Made by a program: the position numbers and the translations under genes. A stretch of 64,000 nucleotides of DNA, taken from the NCBI GenBank assembly GCA_965242795.1, contig OZ251505.1, forward strand, positions 431,133 to 495,132, read 5' to 3'. The stretch comes from an uncultured Candidatus Binatia bacterium (GTDB lineage: Bacteria > Desulfobacterota > Binatia > Bin18). The notes below the pieces were generated by a model. It ran no database searches, was not told where the DNA came from, and worked only from the letters and a program-made list of their open reading frames with translations. Positions 50,552 to 60,840 of the stretch are shown here, one piece after another. Position 1 is the first letter of the stretch; the number at the start of each line of letters is the position of its first letter.

Positions 50552-52057
50552 ATGTTCAAACGGGTGCTCATCGCCAACCGGGGCGAAATCGCGGTACGGG
50601 TCATTCGCGCCTGCCGCGAACTCGGCATCGAAACGGTGGCGGTCTATTCGGACGCCGACCGGGCCGCCCTACACGTCCAATACGCCGACCACGCCTATCC
50701 GATCGGGCCGGCGCCGTCCGCGGAGAGTTATCTCGTCGCGGACAAGATCCTGGACGCCGCGGCCAAGAGCGGCGCGGATGCCATCCACCCCGGCTACGGC
50801 TTTCTGTCCGAACGCGCGCCGTTCGCCGCAGCGTGTCGCGCCGCGGGGGTCACGTTCATCGGTCCCAAGCCGGACGCGATCGAGAAGATGGGCGACAAGG
50901 TCACCGCACGCGCGATCATGCAGGACGCCGGCGTCCCGGTCGTACCCGGCACCGACGTGCTGGGCGACGAGGACGAGGTCGTGGCGGCCGCGCAGAAAAT
51001 CGGCTTCCCGGTCATGTTCAAGGCGTCGGCCGGCGGCGGCGGCAAGGGGATGCGCTTGGTAGAAAATCCGGCCGACGTGGTCTCGGCGCTGCGCGGCGTC
51101 CGTTCGGAGGCCAAGTCGTCCTTCGGCGACGACCGCATGTATCTGGAGAAGTTCGTCGAGAAACCGCGCCACGTCGAGGTCCAGGTGCTGGGCGACGGCC
51201 ACGGACACATCGTCCACCTGTACGAGCGCGAATGCTCGCTCCAGCGGCGGCACCAGAAGGTCATCGAAGAGTCGCCGTCCACCGCGATCGGCCAGGAAGT
51301 CCGCGAGGAGATGGGCCGCGTCGCGGTCGAAGCGGCGCGTGCGGTCGATTACGTGGGCGCCGGCACGGTCGAGTTTCTGGTGGACGCGCACCAGCATTTC
51401 TATTTCCTGGAAATGAACACCCGCATTCAGGTCGAGCACCCGATCACCGAACTCGTGACCGGGGTCGATCTGGTCAAGGCGCAGATCGAGATCGCCGCGG
51501 GCCAGCCGCTCACCTTGCGCCAGGAAGACATCCGGCAGCGCGGCTGGGCGGTCGAATGCCGCATCTACGCCGAGGACCCGGCGCGCGACTTCTTTCCCTC
51601 GCCCGGCAAGATCCAGATTCTCAGGACGCCGGGCGGCTACGGCATCCGCGACGACAGCGGCGTGTACGAGGGCTGGGACGTCCCCATCCACTACGACCCG
51701 ATGATCTCCAAGCTGTGCACCTACGGTCGGACGCGCGACGAAGCCATCCGGCGCATGTTGCGCGCGCTGCAGGAGTACACGGTCGAGGGCATCGTCACGA
51801 ACATCCCATTCCACCGCTGGGCGTTGACCCACCCGCGTTTTCTGTCGGGGGATCTGGACACCGGCTTCATTCCGCAGGAATTCACGGGCCTGCCCGCGGA
51901 GGAGGATCACCTGCGGCAGGAGGTCGTGTTGGCCGCGGCCACGCTGGCCGCCTATCACCGTGACGAGGCATTGCGCCGGATACCGGCCGGAGGGAACCCG
52001 GGCACGGGCGGCGTGTCGGCATGGCGCGCCGCGGGCTGGCGCGCCGGTCTGCGATAG
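50552..52057 (+). CDS. accC: Biotin carboxylase (acetyl/propionyl-CoA carboxylase alpha chain, BC domain)
   Basis: MFKRVLIANRGEIAVRVIRACRELGI...GGGGKGMR...EMNTRIQVEHPITE are canonical. Confidence 0.95.
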   Translation: MFKRVLIANRGEIAVRVIRACRELGIETVAVYSDADRAALHVQYADHAYPIGPAPSAESYLVADKILDAAAKSGADAIHPGYGFLSERAPFAAACRAAGVTFIGPKPDAIEKMGDKVTARAIMQDAGVPVVPGTDVLGDEDEVVAAAQKIGFPVMFKASAGGGGKGMRLVENPADVVSALRGVRSEAKSSFGDDRMYLEKFVEKPRHVEVQVLGDGHGHIVHLYERECSLQRRHQKVIEESPSTAIGQEVREEMGRVAVEAARAVDYVGAGTVEFLVDAHQHFYFLEMNTRIQVEHPITELVTGVDLVKAQIEIAAGQPLTLRQEDIRQRGWAVECRIYAEDPARDFFPSPGKIQILRTPGGYGIRDDSGVYEGWDVPIHYDPMISKLCTYGRTRDEAIRRMLRALQEYTVEGIVTNIPFHRWALTHPRFLSGDLDTGFIPQEFTGLPAEEDHLRQEVVLAAATLAAYHRDEALRRIPAGGNPGTGGVSAWRAAGWRAGLR

Positions 52058-52100
52058 CCCGGCACTCCCTCGGTTCGGCCGCGGACGGGAAGACGAAGCT

Positions 52101-52604
<504 letters not shown>

Positions 52605-52659
52605 GTCGTCTTCCGGATCACCGCCCGAATCGCGGTCGATTCATCCGCCGGGGCGCGAC

Positions 52660-54336
52660 ATGCACGACGACTTCTCCCCGGCCGAGAAAAAGAAACTCCA
52701 GCCGTTCTTCACCAACCTGACCCAGCCGATCTTCGGGCTGCGGCTTCCGCAGGAGGTCGCCGGCGCCCTCTTCTCCCGCTACAGCCGTTCGTCCAAGAGC
52801 CTCCGCCGCATCTTCCTGGATGAATTCCTCGGCAACGAGGACCTCAAACTCGGCCGCCCGCCCGCCCTCAAGTCCTCTTCCCTAGACAAGGCACGCGCGT
52901 TCTACGACCGGGTTCTGGTCGGCTACGGCGACGACTCGGTCGCCCAACTCGGCGGGGCGCACGTGGCGTGCGAGCACGTCTCCAACGTTGCTGCCAAGCT
53001 GCTCGAAGACGCGCGCATCGGCATCGCACCCCTCGAAAAGTCCACGCGCTACGTCCGTTTCGATGCCAAGGGAGCGGACGGCGACTACCCGTTCTACAAA
53101 GAGCCGCGGCTGATGGGCTCGCCGCACGCCGCGGCGTACGTCTCGTGCATGCGGTCGTTGTTCGAAACGTATGCCGCCCAGATGGAGCCGATGTTGGCCT
53201 TCGTTCGGCACAGCCTGCCCATCGAGACGGTCGAATGGAAACACCCGCAGACCGGCGCACCGCTCAGCTACCGCGACGCGGAAAAAGACGCGACGCTCAA
53301 ACGCTGGGCCGAGTCGGCCTACGGTTCGACCGTCCGCGCCCACGCCTGCGACGTGCTGCGGTCGTATCTGCCCGCGGCCACGCTGACCAACGTCGGGCTG
53401 TTCGGGGTGGGCCAAGCGTTCGAGCATCTGCTGAACAAGCTGTACTCGCTCGATCTGGCCGAGGCGCGGGATATTGCCGAGCCGATGCACAAGGCCCTGA
53501 ACGTGTTGACGCCGTCATTCGTCAAACGCGCGCAGCGCAACGCCTATCTGGTCGAGACCGCGGAGGCTTCCCGCAAACTGGCCGACGCGCTGCTCACGAG
53601 TCATGCCACGGAACCGACGGACGCGGTGACGCTCGTGGACTACGACCCTGACGCTGAAGAGAAAATGCTCGCGGCCATCCTGTACCCGAACGCCCGCCTG
53701 CCCCTCGCCCAACTGCGGACCTTGGTCAAGAAGCTCTCATCCGACGAGCGGAACCGGATTTTCGAGACGTACGTCGGGCAACGCCGCCACCGCCGCGACA
53801 AGCCCGGCCGCGCGCTGGAACACGGCTATTACACGTTCGACATCCTGGGCAATCTGGGTCTGTACCGCGATCTGCAACGCCACCGGATATTGACCCAGGA
53901 GCGGCAGGCGTACACGACGGTCCACGGTTACGATACGCCGCGGGAAATCGAGGAGGCCGGCTTCCGATCGGAATTCGTGGAGTGCATGGAACGCACGGCC
54001 GGCTTGTACGAACGGATTGCCGCGAACTTTCCCGTCGAGGCGCAGTACGTCGTGCCGTTCGCGTACCGGGTGCGCTGGTACATGAAGCTCAACCTGCGCG
54101 AGGCCATTCACCTGGGCGAACTGCGCACCATGCCGCAAGGGCACCCCGACTACCGTTCCGTCGTACAGGAGATGTGGCGGCTGATCGGCGAAGTGCATCC
54201 GAACTTGGCTCGCAGCGCCAAGTTTCTGGACAGGCGGACGTACCGCTTGGGGCGGCTTCAGTCAGAAATGCGGACGGAGAAGCGGATAGAAGACCTCGTG
54301 CCGCAAATGCAGTTACCAGGAATAGGGACGAAGTAA
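52660..54336 (+). CDS. Tandem-duplicated Thy1/ThyX-like (flavin-dependent thymidylate-synthase fold) protein with divergent active-site motifs
   Basis: Two ThyX-like blocks: HVACEHVSNVAAKLLEDARIGIAPLEKSTRY and HGYYTFDILGNLGLYRDLQRHRILTQERQAY (RHR kept; downstream Ser replaced by Thr/Glu). Confidence 0.5.
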   Translation: MHDDFSPAEKKKLQPFFTNLTQPIFGLRLPQEVAGALFSRYSRSSKSLRRIFLDEFLGNEDLKLGRPPALKSSSLDKARAFYDRVLVGYGDDSVAQLGGAHVACEHVSNVAAKLLEDARIGIAPLEKSTRYVRFDAKGADGDYPFYKEPRLMGSPHAAAYVSCMRSLFETYAAQMEPMLAFVRHSLPIETVEWKHPQTGAPLSYRDAEKDATLKRWAESAYGSTVRAHACDVLRSYLPAATLTNVGLFGVGQAFEHLLNKLYSLDLAEARDIAEPMHKALNVLTPSFVKRAQRNAYLVETAEASRKLADALLTSHATEPTDAVTLVDYDPDAEEKMLAAILYPNARLPLAQLRTLVKKLSSDERNRIFETYVGQRRHRRDKPGRALEHGYYTFDILGNLGLYRDLQRHRILTQERQAYTTVHGYDTPREIEEAGFRSEFVECMERTAGLYERIAANFPVEAQYVVPFAYRVRWYMKLNLREAIHLGELRTMPQGHPDYRSVVQEMWRLIGEVHPNLARSAKFLDRRTYRLGRLQSEMRTEKRIEDLVPQMQLPGIGTK

Positions 54337-54364
54337 ATTATAGAATTACAGACAAGATTATTAC

Positions 54365-54450
54365 GGGGCCTTTTCGACACCCTTCGACAGGATCGGGGAC
54401 CGAACTCAACAGGCTGGACCCTGAGCTTGTCGGAAAGGTTTTGACCAGAG
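54365..54450. repeat. Repeat family A copy (TTCGACACCCTTCGACAGGATC ... CTGAGCTTGTCGGAAAGG)
   Basis: Shares the TTCGACAGG and GAGCTTGTCGAAAGG modules with the other copies. Confidence 0.55.
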
Positions 54451-54567
54451 GGCACGAGATGTCCGCAGGGGGAAAGTCCTCGGATCATCTTGGAGATAGT
54501 TTCCGTAGGAAGCTATCGAACGCTCCGTCCGACGCTGCTGCCCACCGCGGGCGAGTCGGGACGGCGT

Positions 54568-54888
54568 CTAGGCCGGTGCGGCCCGCCACCCCTCCCACGG
54601 CAGATAGTACTTCTTCTTGCTGTTACAGTCTTTGCAGGCGACGACGAGATTGCCTTTGGTTGACTTCCCCCCACGGACGAGCGGAACGAGGTGGTCCATG
54701 GTCAGATCCGCGGGCGGAAACTTCTTCTGGCAATAGTGGCATACGCCGCTGGCGCGTTTGCGCTGCCACCACGCCGAGGCCCGCAGTTCGCGGGCGCGGT
54801 TCTTTTCGCGCTGGATGTCGAACGTATGCACGTCCGAAAAGAACGGTTCGCTTCTCCTATCGCTCTCCATCACGTGCTCTCGGCCCAT
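54568..54888 (-). CDS. HNH endonuclease-domain protein (small, stand-alone)
   Basis: CHYCQKKF...DHLVPLVRGGKSTKGNLVVACKDCNSKK has the C-x2-C...H...C-x2-C-N HNH zinc-finger pattern. Confidence 0.7.
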   Translation of the reverse strand: MGREHVMESDRRSEPFFSDVHTFDIQREKNRARELRASAWWQRKRASGVCHYCQKKFPPADLTMDHLVPLVRGGKSTKGNLVVACKDCNSKKKYYLPWEGWRAAPA

Positions 54889-55014
54889 ACGGAACGGGTG
54901 GGGACGACGTCAATCGAGTCGGCGATGATCTTCAGGGGGCGCAAACACGAACGGGGCGCGATAGACACGCCCCGTTTCGTTCCGTGCGGTATCCAGACAG
55001 GATAACCGGCAACC

Positions 55015-55287
55015 TTAGTGGGAGCCCTCGGGCATGTCCGCGGATGCGTCGCTGGTTTCCTGCGCGGTGGCCTCGGCTGCCGCACCGTCTTCGGCTGCTC
55101 CCGCTTCGGCGGCTCCCGCAGCTTCGTCGGTCGTGCCTTCCTCGGCCATGTCCGTCGCCGCTGCCGCGCTTTCGCTCGTCGCTGCCGCCTTCTCCCCTCC
55201 TTCGTGGTGGGCCGCCTGTACCGACAACGGCGCGCCAACGAGCCCGAACGTCAGGGCGTACGCGGTGATGGTTGTCCAATGCCTCAT
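55015..55287 (-). CDS. Small secreted Ala/Glu-rich acidic protein (hypothetical)
   Basis: Strong GGAGGAAAGGAGA RBS, signal peptide MRHWTTITAYALTFGLVGAPLSVQA, then a low-complexity acidic tail. Confidence 0.4.
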   Translation of the reverse strand: MRHWTTITAYALTFGLVGAPLSVQAAHHEGGEKAAATSESAAAATDMAEEGTTDEAAGAAEAGAAEDGAAAEATAQETSDASADMPEGSH

Positions 55288-55568
55288 GGATAGTCTCCTT
55301 TCCTCCTTGGAATTCACGTTCCCTTAACCTAGTTCTTCTCTAGTGTCGAGTCTGTCCGGCCCATTCGCCTCGGCCCAGATTGCGCACGCCCGGATTCAGC
55401 CGCTCCACAGCCCAACAATAGCCTACAATCCGGAAGATCGATTCGCCGTTTACCCACACGGCTGAGGATCGGTTCGACTTGACGTCCCGGCGAGCTTGGG
55501 CCGGCGGGGAACCGAGGAGCCGCGTCCCCGCCCTTTTGACTCCCGCGCGTATCCGTTAGAGTCCTCGT

Positions 55569-57038
55569 ATGCCGGAAGCAAGTTCCCGCCGCCGTCTGAC
55601 ACAGACCGAAGCCGCCTTTCTGTATGCCGAAACACCACAGACGCCCATGCACGTCGGAGGCTGCGGACTGTACGCCGGCACCCTGTCCACAACCACGCTG
55701 TGCGACCTGATCGCCAGCCGGCTCGACCGCCTGCCCCAATACCGCCGGAAAGCCGTCTTCGCACCGCTGAACTTGGCGCACCCGACCTGGGAAGACGACC
55801 CGGACTTCGCCCTCTCCCGCCATATCGACGAAGTGGAACTCCCGGCCCCGGCCGACGACCGCGTCATTTCCCAAGTCTGCGGCCAACTCTTTTCGACCCC
55901 GCTCGACCGCGACCGGCCGTTGTGGAAACTCACCCTCATCCACGGCCGTCCGGATGGAGACAGCATGGTGTTGGCTCGTGTCCACCAAGCCATGCTGGAA
56001 GGGGTGTCGGGGATCGACCTCATGCTGACCCTGCACGATTTCACGTCCCGGCCGGCGCCCGGGGCGCCGGCCGCGGGCGCGTGGCGGCCCGAGGCCACGC
56101 CGGACGCCCTGTCGCTCCTGCAAGAGGCGGTGCAAGACCGGATCGCCGAAGTCGTGCAGTGGTGGACCGACAACAGCTTCCAGTTCTTCCGTGCGCCCAA
56201 CCAGACGTCGTACGCCAAACGAGTGGTGAACGGCTGCCTGAGCCTCTCCACGACGCTGTTGCAACCCACCCCCGGCACGCCGTTCAACGCCACGCTGTCG
56301 GGCCGGCGCGAGATCGTATGGCTGGAACTGTCGTTCGCCGACGCCCGGTTCATCCGCTCGGTGCTGCGGGGCAGCGTGGACGACGTCGTCCTCGCGATCA
56401 TCGCCGGCGGCATCGGACACTATCTGCGTTCCAAGGGCGTGGACACGGACGGCCTGGAGTTACGCGCCGCCCTCCCCGTCAACCTGAAACGTCACGAGCC
56501 CCGCCACCGCCGCGGCACTCGGACCGGCGACCGGACCTCGACCATGTTGGTCCCGCTGTACGTCGGGATCACCGACCCGTTGCTCCGGTTTTCGGCTCAT
56601 CAGGCCGCGGTCGTGGAACTCCGCGAACAGGATCAGGCCGGGACGTTTCACGCGCTCAAACACTTGACGACGTGCATTCCGCCGGCGTGGCAGGCCGTCG
56701 CCGGTCGGCCGCTGTCGGCCAGCACGCTGGCGAATACCGTGGTCATGAATATCCCCGGGCCGCAAATTCCGCTCTACCTCGCCGGACACAAACGGCACGC
56801 CTTTTTTCCGATGGGACCCCTCGGCGGGCGGGTCGGCCTGTTCCACGCGGTGGCGAGCTACAACAAGAAGCTATCCATCGGCGTCACGCTCGACCCGCGT
56901 CTCGTGCCGGACGGCCAAGCGTACGTCGATTGCCTGCGGGAGTCGTATCGGGAACTGCACGGGGCCGCGGTCAGATTCTCGCGGCGCTCGGCCCGCGGCA
57001 GGACGGCGACGGCCGCCTCCCGCCCGCACGCCGCGTAA
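55569..57038 (+). CDS. Wax ester synthase/diacylglycerol acyltransferase (WS/DGAT) family O-acyltransferase with a non-canonical active-site motif
   Basis: N-terminal LTQTEAAFLYAETPQTPMHVGG and the WS/DGAT fold. The position of the HHxxxDG motif reads VHQAMLEGVSG. Confidence 0.75.
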   Translation: MPEASSRRRLTQTEAAFLYAETPQTPMHVGGCGLYAGTLSTTTLCDLIASRLDRLPQYRRKAVFAPLNLAHPTWEDDPDFALSRHIDEVELPAPADDRVISQVCGQLFSTPLDRDRPLWKLTLIHGRPDGDSMVLARVHQAMLEGVSGIDLMLTLHDFTSRPAPGAPAAGAWRPEATPDALSLLQEAVQDRIAEVVQWWTDNSFQFFRAPNQTSYAKRVVNGCLSLSTTLLQPTPGTPFNATLSGRREIVWLELSFADARFIRSVLRGSVDDVVLAIIAGGIGHYLRSKGVDTDGLELRAALPVNLKRHEPRHRRGTRTGDRTSTMLVPLYVGITDPLLRFSAHQAAVVELREQDQAGTFHALKHLTTCIPPAWQAVAGRPLSASTLANTVVMNIPGPQIPLYLAGHKRHAFFPMGPLGGRVGLFHAVASYNKKLSIGVTLDPRLVPDGQAYVDCLRESYRELHGAAVRFSRRSARGRTATAASRPHAA

Positions 57039-57060
57039 CCCGCGCTCGTGTCGGGCGGGT

Positions 57061-57648
57061 TCAGGCGGAGGGGACGTGACCCGACAGACCGGTCACGTCG
57101 TAAGCCATGATAATCAGGTCGCGGGTCTGTCCGGACCGGTCGATCACGAAGTCGGCCAACAGCGCTTCGGTCTGAAAGCCGAGGCGCGTGAACAGCGCCT
57201 GTGCTCCAGGCTGATCGGCCATCATTTGCGCGACGACCTTGCTCAGTTCGAGGTCGTGCGCGACCTCGACGATCTCCTCGGCCAGGACGCGCCCGAGTCC
57301 GACCCGGCGGTATTCGGGCGCGATGAGGATGCGCGTTTCGCCCAGGTGGCGCTGCCACATCACGGTGTTGAGGTGCAGAATGGCGTAGCCGGCGAACGTC
57401 TCGCCCGCCTCGGCAATCACGGTCACGGTCTTGCGGGCTTCCAGGTTCCGCACCCATTCCTTGACGATTGCCGGGTCGGTGATGTCGATGCGCAGATGCA
57501 ACAGGTCGTCCGCGGGCAGGCTGTTGGCGAAACTGACGATGCGGTCCGCGTCGAACGCGGTCATCAGCCGCAGCGTCACGAGCGTCCCGTTTCCCAACGT
57601 CACGGTGTGTGGATACGGTCGCTCCAGATACATCCGCGCTTCAGCCAT
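57061..57648 (-). CDS. GNAT-family N-acetyltransferase
   Basis: RRVGLGRVLAEEIVEVAHD matches the acetyl-CoA binding motif A context. Start at MAEARMY, with an AAGGAG RBS. Confidence 0.75.
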   Translation of the reverse strand: MAEARMYLERPYPHTVTLGNGTLVTLRLMTAFDADRIVSFANSLPADDLLHLRIDITDPAIVKEWVRNLEARKTVTVIAEAGETFAGYAILHLNTVMWQRHLGETRILIAPEYRRVGLGRVLAEEIVEVAHDLELSKVVAQMMADQPGAQALFTRLGFQTEALLADFVIDRSGQTRDLIIMAYDVTGLSGHVPSA

Positions 57649-57975
57649 GTACGCTCCTTGTGTCGGGGTTCTCGAACGAGGGCACGGAGTCGGCGTCCAA
57701 CTCTCCGCCCGTTCGGCGAGTGCTAACAGAAGTGAGCGGAGCATCTAGCACACATGGAGAACCGGGAAAACTCCTTGCAGGCCGCAACCGTAGGGGCGAA
57801 AAATTTTTCGCCCGTCCTCCGACAGCGCGGGGCTACGTGACCGCAACGATCGACCCAGAACCACGATCCGGCCGCGGGCGCGGTTTTCTTCCATCCGTCT
57901 TTTTGGTACGCTTGCAAAAGTTCCCATCCCCTGCAAGCAAGGCATATTCCCGACACCCTCTCACGAGCAGACACC

Positions 57976-58809
57976 ATGCCGGACGACGGATCGCTGCCGC
58001 ACGTGCTGCCCACCGCGGACGAAACCGATTCCTTCAGCACCCTGTTCTGGCAGCTCGGCGCGGCGTACCCGGACTCGCTCCACCAATTGGGCATTCTCTT
58101 ACGCGACGAGGTGTACCGCCGCCCGCCGGGACCCAAGGCGTCGGGTCAGCCGGTGCTGCTGATTCCCGGCTTTCTGGCCGGCGACTGGACCTTGCAGGTC
58201 CTGGCCGGTTGGCTGACCCGGATGGGCTACAACCCCTATTTCTCCGGGCTGGACTGGAACGTGGATTGTCCGAATCGGACCGGGCATTTGTTGCGCTGGC
58301 GCGTCAATCAGATCATCCGCGAGACCGGCCACCCGCTGATCGTCTTCGGCCACAGCCTCGGCGGGATGCTGGCACGGTTCCTGGGCGCCAATTTCCCCGA
58401 CCAGGTGCGGTATGTCGTCACGCTCGGCTCGCCGATTCAACGCACGTCGCAGGTCAGTCCGCTCGTGGTGTTCGCCTCGCGCGTGCTGCAACCGTTCCGG
58501 CGTTGGCGCGGCGACCTGCCGCCGGACTGCGGCACGCTGGACTGCAACTGCCACTTCAACCGCAGCGTCATTTCCCCCCTGCCCGAGGAAGTCGGGTTCA
58601 CCGCGGTGTTCTCCAAGCAGGACGAGGTCGTCGAGTGGCGGGCGTGTCTCGACCCGCAACGCGAGAGCCGCGAAGTGACCGGACGGCATATCGGCTTGAT
58701 CGTGAATGCCCAGGCGTACCGCGTGCTGGCCGAGGTCTTGGCGCGGCTGCACGTCCGGGAGCGCACCCACGACGTCACGCTGGCCGCGCCGGCGCGGCTC
58801 GACGCCTGA
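57976..58809 (+). CDS. Alpha/beta hydrolase, lipase/esterase-like (GHSLGG)
   Basis: VLLIPGFLAGD...IVFGHSLGGMLARF is a PGAP1/lipase class-2-like pattern. Confidence 0.7.
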   Translation: MPDDGSLPHVLPTADETDSFSTLFWQLGAAYPDSLHQLGILLRDEVYRRPPGPKASGQPVLLIPGFLAGDWTLQVLAGWLTRMGYNPYFSGLDWNVDCPNRTGHLLRWRVNQIIRETGHPLIVFGHSLGGMLARFLGANFPDQVRYVVTLGSPIQRTSQVSPLVVFASRVLQPFRRWRGDLPPDCGTLDCNCHFNRSVISPLPEEVGFTAVFSKQDEVVEWRACLDPQRESREVTGRHIGLIVNAQAYRVLAEVLARLHVRERTHDVTLAAPARLDA

Positions 58810-58836
58810 ACGGCGCCGGCGCGCGCAAAAACCCGG

Positions 58837-59274
58837 CTATTCCGGCGGGGCCGTCATGAGTTCCTTCGCCAAGTCGTTCTTGGCGATGACGTGCTTGCGG
58901 TACAGATCGGTCTCCCACTCCGCCTCGTGGGTTCCGTCCTTGTCGGTATAACCGAAGCGCACCCAGCGACCGCTCGGCGCCTCGAAGATATTGAAGTAAT
59001 TGCTCAGCTCGTCGTTGAGGCGGTCGCCCTCCAGCAGCCCGGCCTCCCACGGCCCTATGCTCCACGGATTGCCTTCACGACCCGCGTTGGCGCGGCGTTT
59101 TTCGATGTTGGAGATGACGCTGAACATCTCGCCTTCGGGGGTATGGCCTTTGATGATCTGAATCGCCTGCTCTTCTTTCGCGCCCATCGGTCGTTCGCCG
59201 CACGCCCAGAGAAACAGACATCCGACCGCGACCAGACCGGCCACCCGCTTGTGATACGCGTATGCTTGTCTCAT
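58837..59274 (-). CDS. Hypothetical lipoprotein
   Basis: GAGGAGG RBS and a lipobox, MRQAYAYHKRVAGLVAVGCLFLWAC. Confidence 0.5.
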   Translation of the reverse strand: MRQAYAYHKRVAGLVAVGCLFLWACGERPMGAKEEQAIQIIKGHTPEGEMFSVISNIEKRRANAGREGNPWSIGPWEAGLLEGDRLNDELSNYFNIFEAPSGRWVRFGYTDKDGTHEAEWETDLYRKHVIAKNDLAKELMTAPPE

Positions 59275-59550
59275 CCTGCCTCCTCGTGTTGCAGCCTGCG
59301 GGCGGATCATGGAATCGGCGCCCGGCTGCACGGCCAATGTTGGGGCGGAATCCTACAATGAAATACGGAACGGGTCCATCACGACCGCGGCGTCTTTCGG
59401 CTCCCTCCGGTCCCCGAGCTCGTCGAAACGGGCGAAGGATCTATTGCTGCCGGGCTGCTTGCTTTTTTGTCACCTGGGTGACACATAGGCCATTCAAATC
59501 TTTGGACCGACGCCTCTTGCGTCCATGACTCGAACTCGAGCGACACTTCT

Positions 59551-60264
59551 ATGGTGCGCACTCCGATCCTGAACGTCGCGACGGTCCGCCGACTCAAAGC
59601 CTTTTCCTGGGCGACCGACCGACAGGTCGAACGGCTGCTGAGTCACATGCGGCTGCAATACGTCGAAAAACGGACCGTCCTCTTCAACGAGGGCGTTCCT
59701 TCGGACTCGCTCTATCTGCTCGTTTCCGGGGTCGCCAAGCTGTCCCTACGCAGTCCGGACGACGAGCGCGTCCTGGTGAGCCTGGTCGCTCCCGGCGAAC
59801 TGTTCGGGATCACTTCGCTGATGCCGGGGATGCACCGGGCCTTCCGCTCCGAGGCGTTCAGCGATTGCTGGGTCGGGGCGGTCCGCCCCGAAGTCTTCGT
59901 GACGACGCTGCTCGATTGCCCGTTCGCCGAATTCAGCGCCATGATGGAAGGGACGGTCGGCCGCTGGTTCGCCCTGCTCTACCGCTATACCCGCTTCCAG
60001 AGTTCCAGCCTCAGACAGAAACTCGCTCTGGCCCTCCTGGAATTGGCCCGGAAGTTCGGCGTGCGAGACGCGCGCGGCACGCTGTTGATTCTGCGGCTCA
60101 CTCACGAAGATTTGGCCGACCTGGTCGGTGCCTCGCGCCAGAAGGTCACCGAGCACATGAAGGAACTCGAACGGCAGCAGGTGCTGTTGCGCGACCGGCG
60201 CAAGCTGATCGTGCACCCCGACCGCCTGCGGGAAACCGCCGGCTTGCCGCCGGACGAGAAATGA
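59551..60264 (+). CDS. Crp/Fnr-family transcriptional regulator (cNMP-binding domain plus C-terminal HTH)
   Basis: TVLFNEGVPSDSLYLLVSGVAKL...GELFGITSL then LTHEDLADLVGASRQKVTEHMKEL. Confidence 0.85.
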   Translation: MVRTPILNVATVRRLKAFSWATDRQVERLLSHMRLQYVEKRTVLFNEGVPSDSLYLLVSGVAKLSLRSPDDERVLVSLVAPGELFGITSLMPGMHRAFRSEAFSDCWVGAVRPEVFVTTLLDCPFAEFSAMMEGTVGRWFALLYRYTRFQSSSLRQKLALALLELARKFGVRDARGTLLILRLTHEDLADLVGASRQKVTEHMKELERQQVLLRDRRKLIVHPDRLRETAGLPPDEK

Positions 60265-60333
60265 GAGGGGAGAGAAGGGGGCGGCTGAGGACATCGAGCG
60301 GGGAGAGATGCCCTCAGCCTGGGGAAAGGGAAA

Positions 60334-60699
60334 TTATTCAGCGGCGGCTTGACTCGGGCTCTCCGGCGCTGCCTCGGCCGCGGCCTCGATCTGCCAGATC
60401 CGGCGGGCCATGGCGGTCGAAGAGTCGATCACCTGAAGCGCGAACGCGCGTTGCGTCTCGAACATGGACGCAAGCGGCGTGTCCTTCGCCCACTCGGTCG
60501 CCTTCTCGTTCATCTCGACGGCTTGGCGCGCCCACTTCTCTCCCGAATCGAGCGACTTGGCCGCCATTTCCTTGACCGGCTCGCCGAGGGGAACCTTCAC
60601 GTCGCCGAACATCTTCACGAACGGATTGTTCATGAATGGATTGGTGTCCGCGTCGAACATCTTGCCGAACGTCCCGCAACTCCATGCGTTGTCTGCCAT
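60334..60699 (-). CDS. Phasin-family (PHA-granule-associated) protein, putative
   Basis: 121 aa, helical and Ala/Glu-rich, with a phasin-like N-terminus (FGDVKVP...ARQAVEMNEKATEWAKDTP). Confidence 0.45.
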   Translation of the reverse strand: MADNAWSCGTFGKMFDADTNPFMNNPFVKMFGDVKVPLGEPVKEMAAKSLDSGEKWARQAVEMNEKATEWAKDTPLASMFETQRAFALQVIDSSTAMARRIWQIEAAAEAAPESPSQAAAE

Positions 60700-60762
60700 G
60701 AGAAACCTCCCGTGTTTCCGGGCGACGTCCGTTGCGACGTGCGCCGTGTTTGCGAATGTCGG

Positions 60763-60794
60763 AATGCTAACAACTGTCGCTAACTATTGCAAGC
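60763..60794. promoter_or_regulatory. Candidate operator motif AATGCTAACAACTGTCGCTAACTATTGCAAGC upstream of the phasin gene
   Basis: 26/32 identical to 61215-61246, which sits upstream of the adjacent XRE regulator gene. Contains a tandem GCTAAC half-site. Confidence 0.5.
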
Positions 60795-60840
60795 ATCCGA
60801 AGAACGGAAATTTGTCTCCAAGGTGACGGGAATGCCGTTT

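Noticed and set aside
55018-55293. Plus-strand 91-aa ORF opposite the acidic secreted-protein ORF
   Set aside because: The minus-strand ORF has a strong RBS and a signal peptide. The plus ORF is Arg/Gly/Cys-rich without an RBS.
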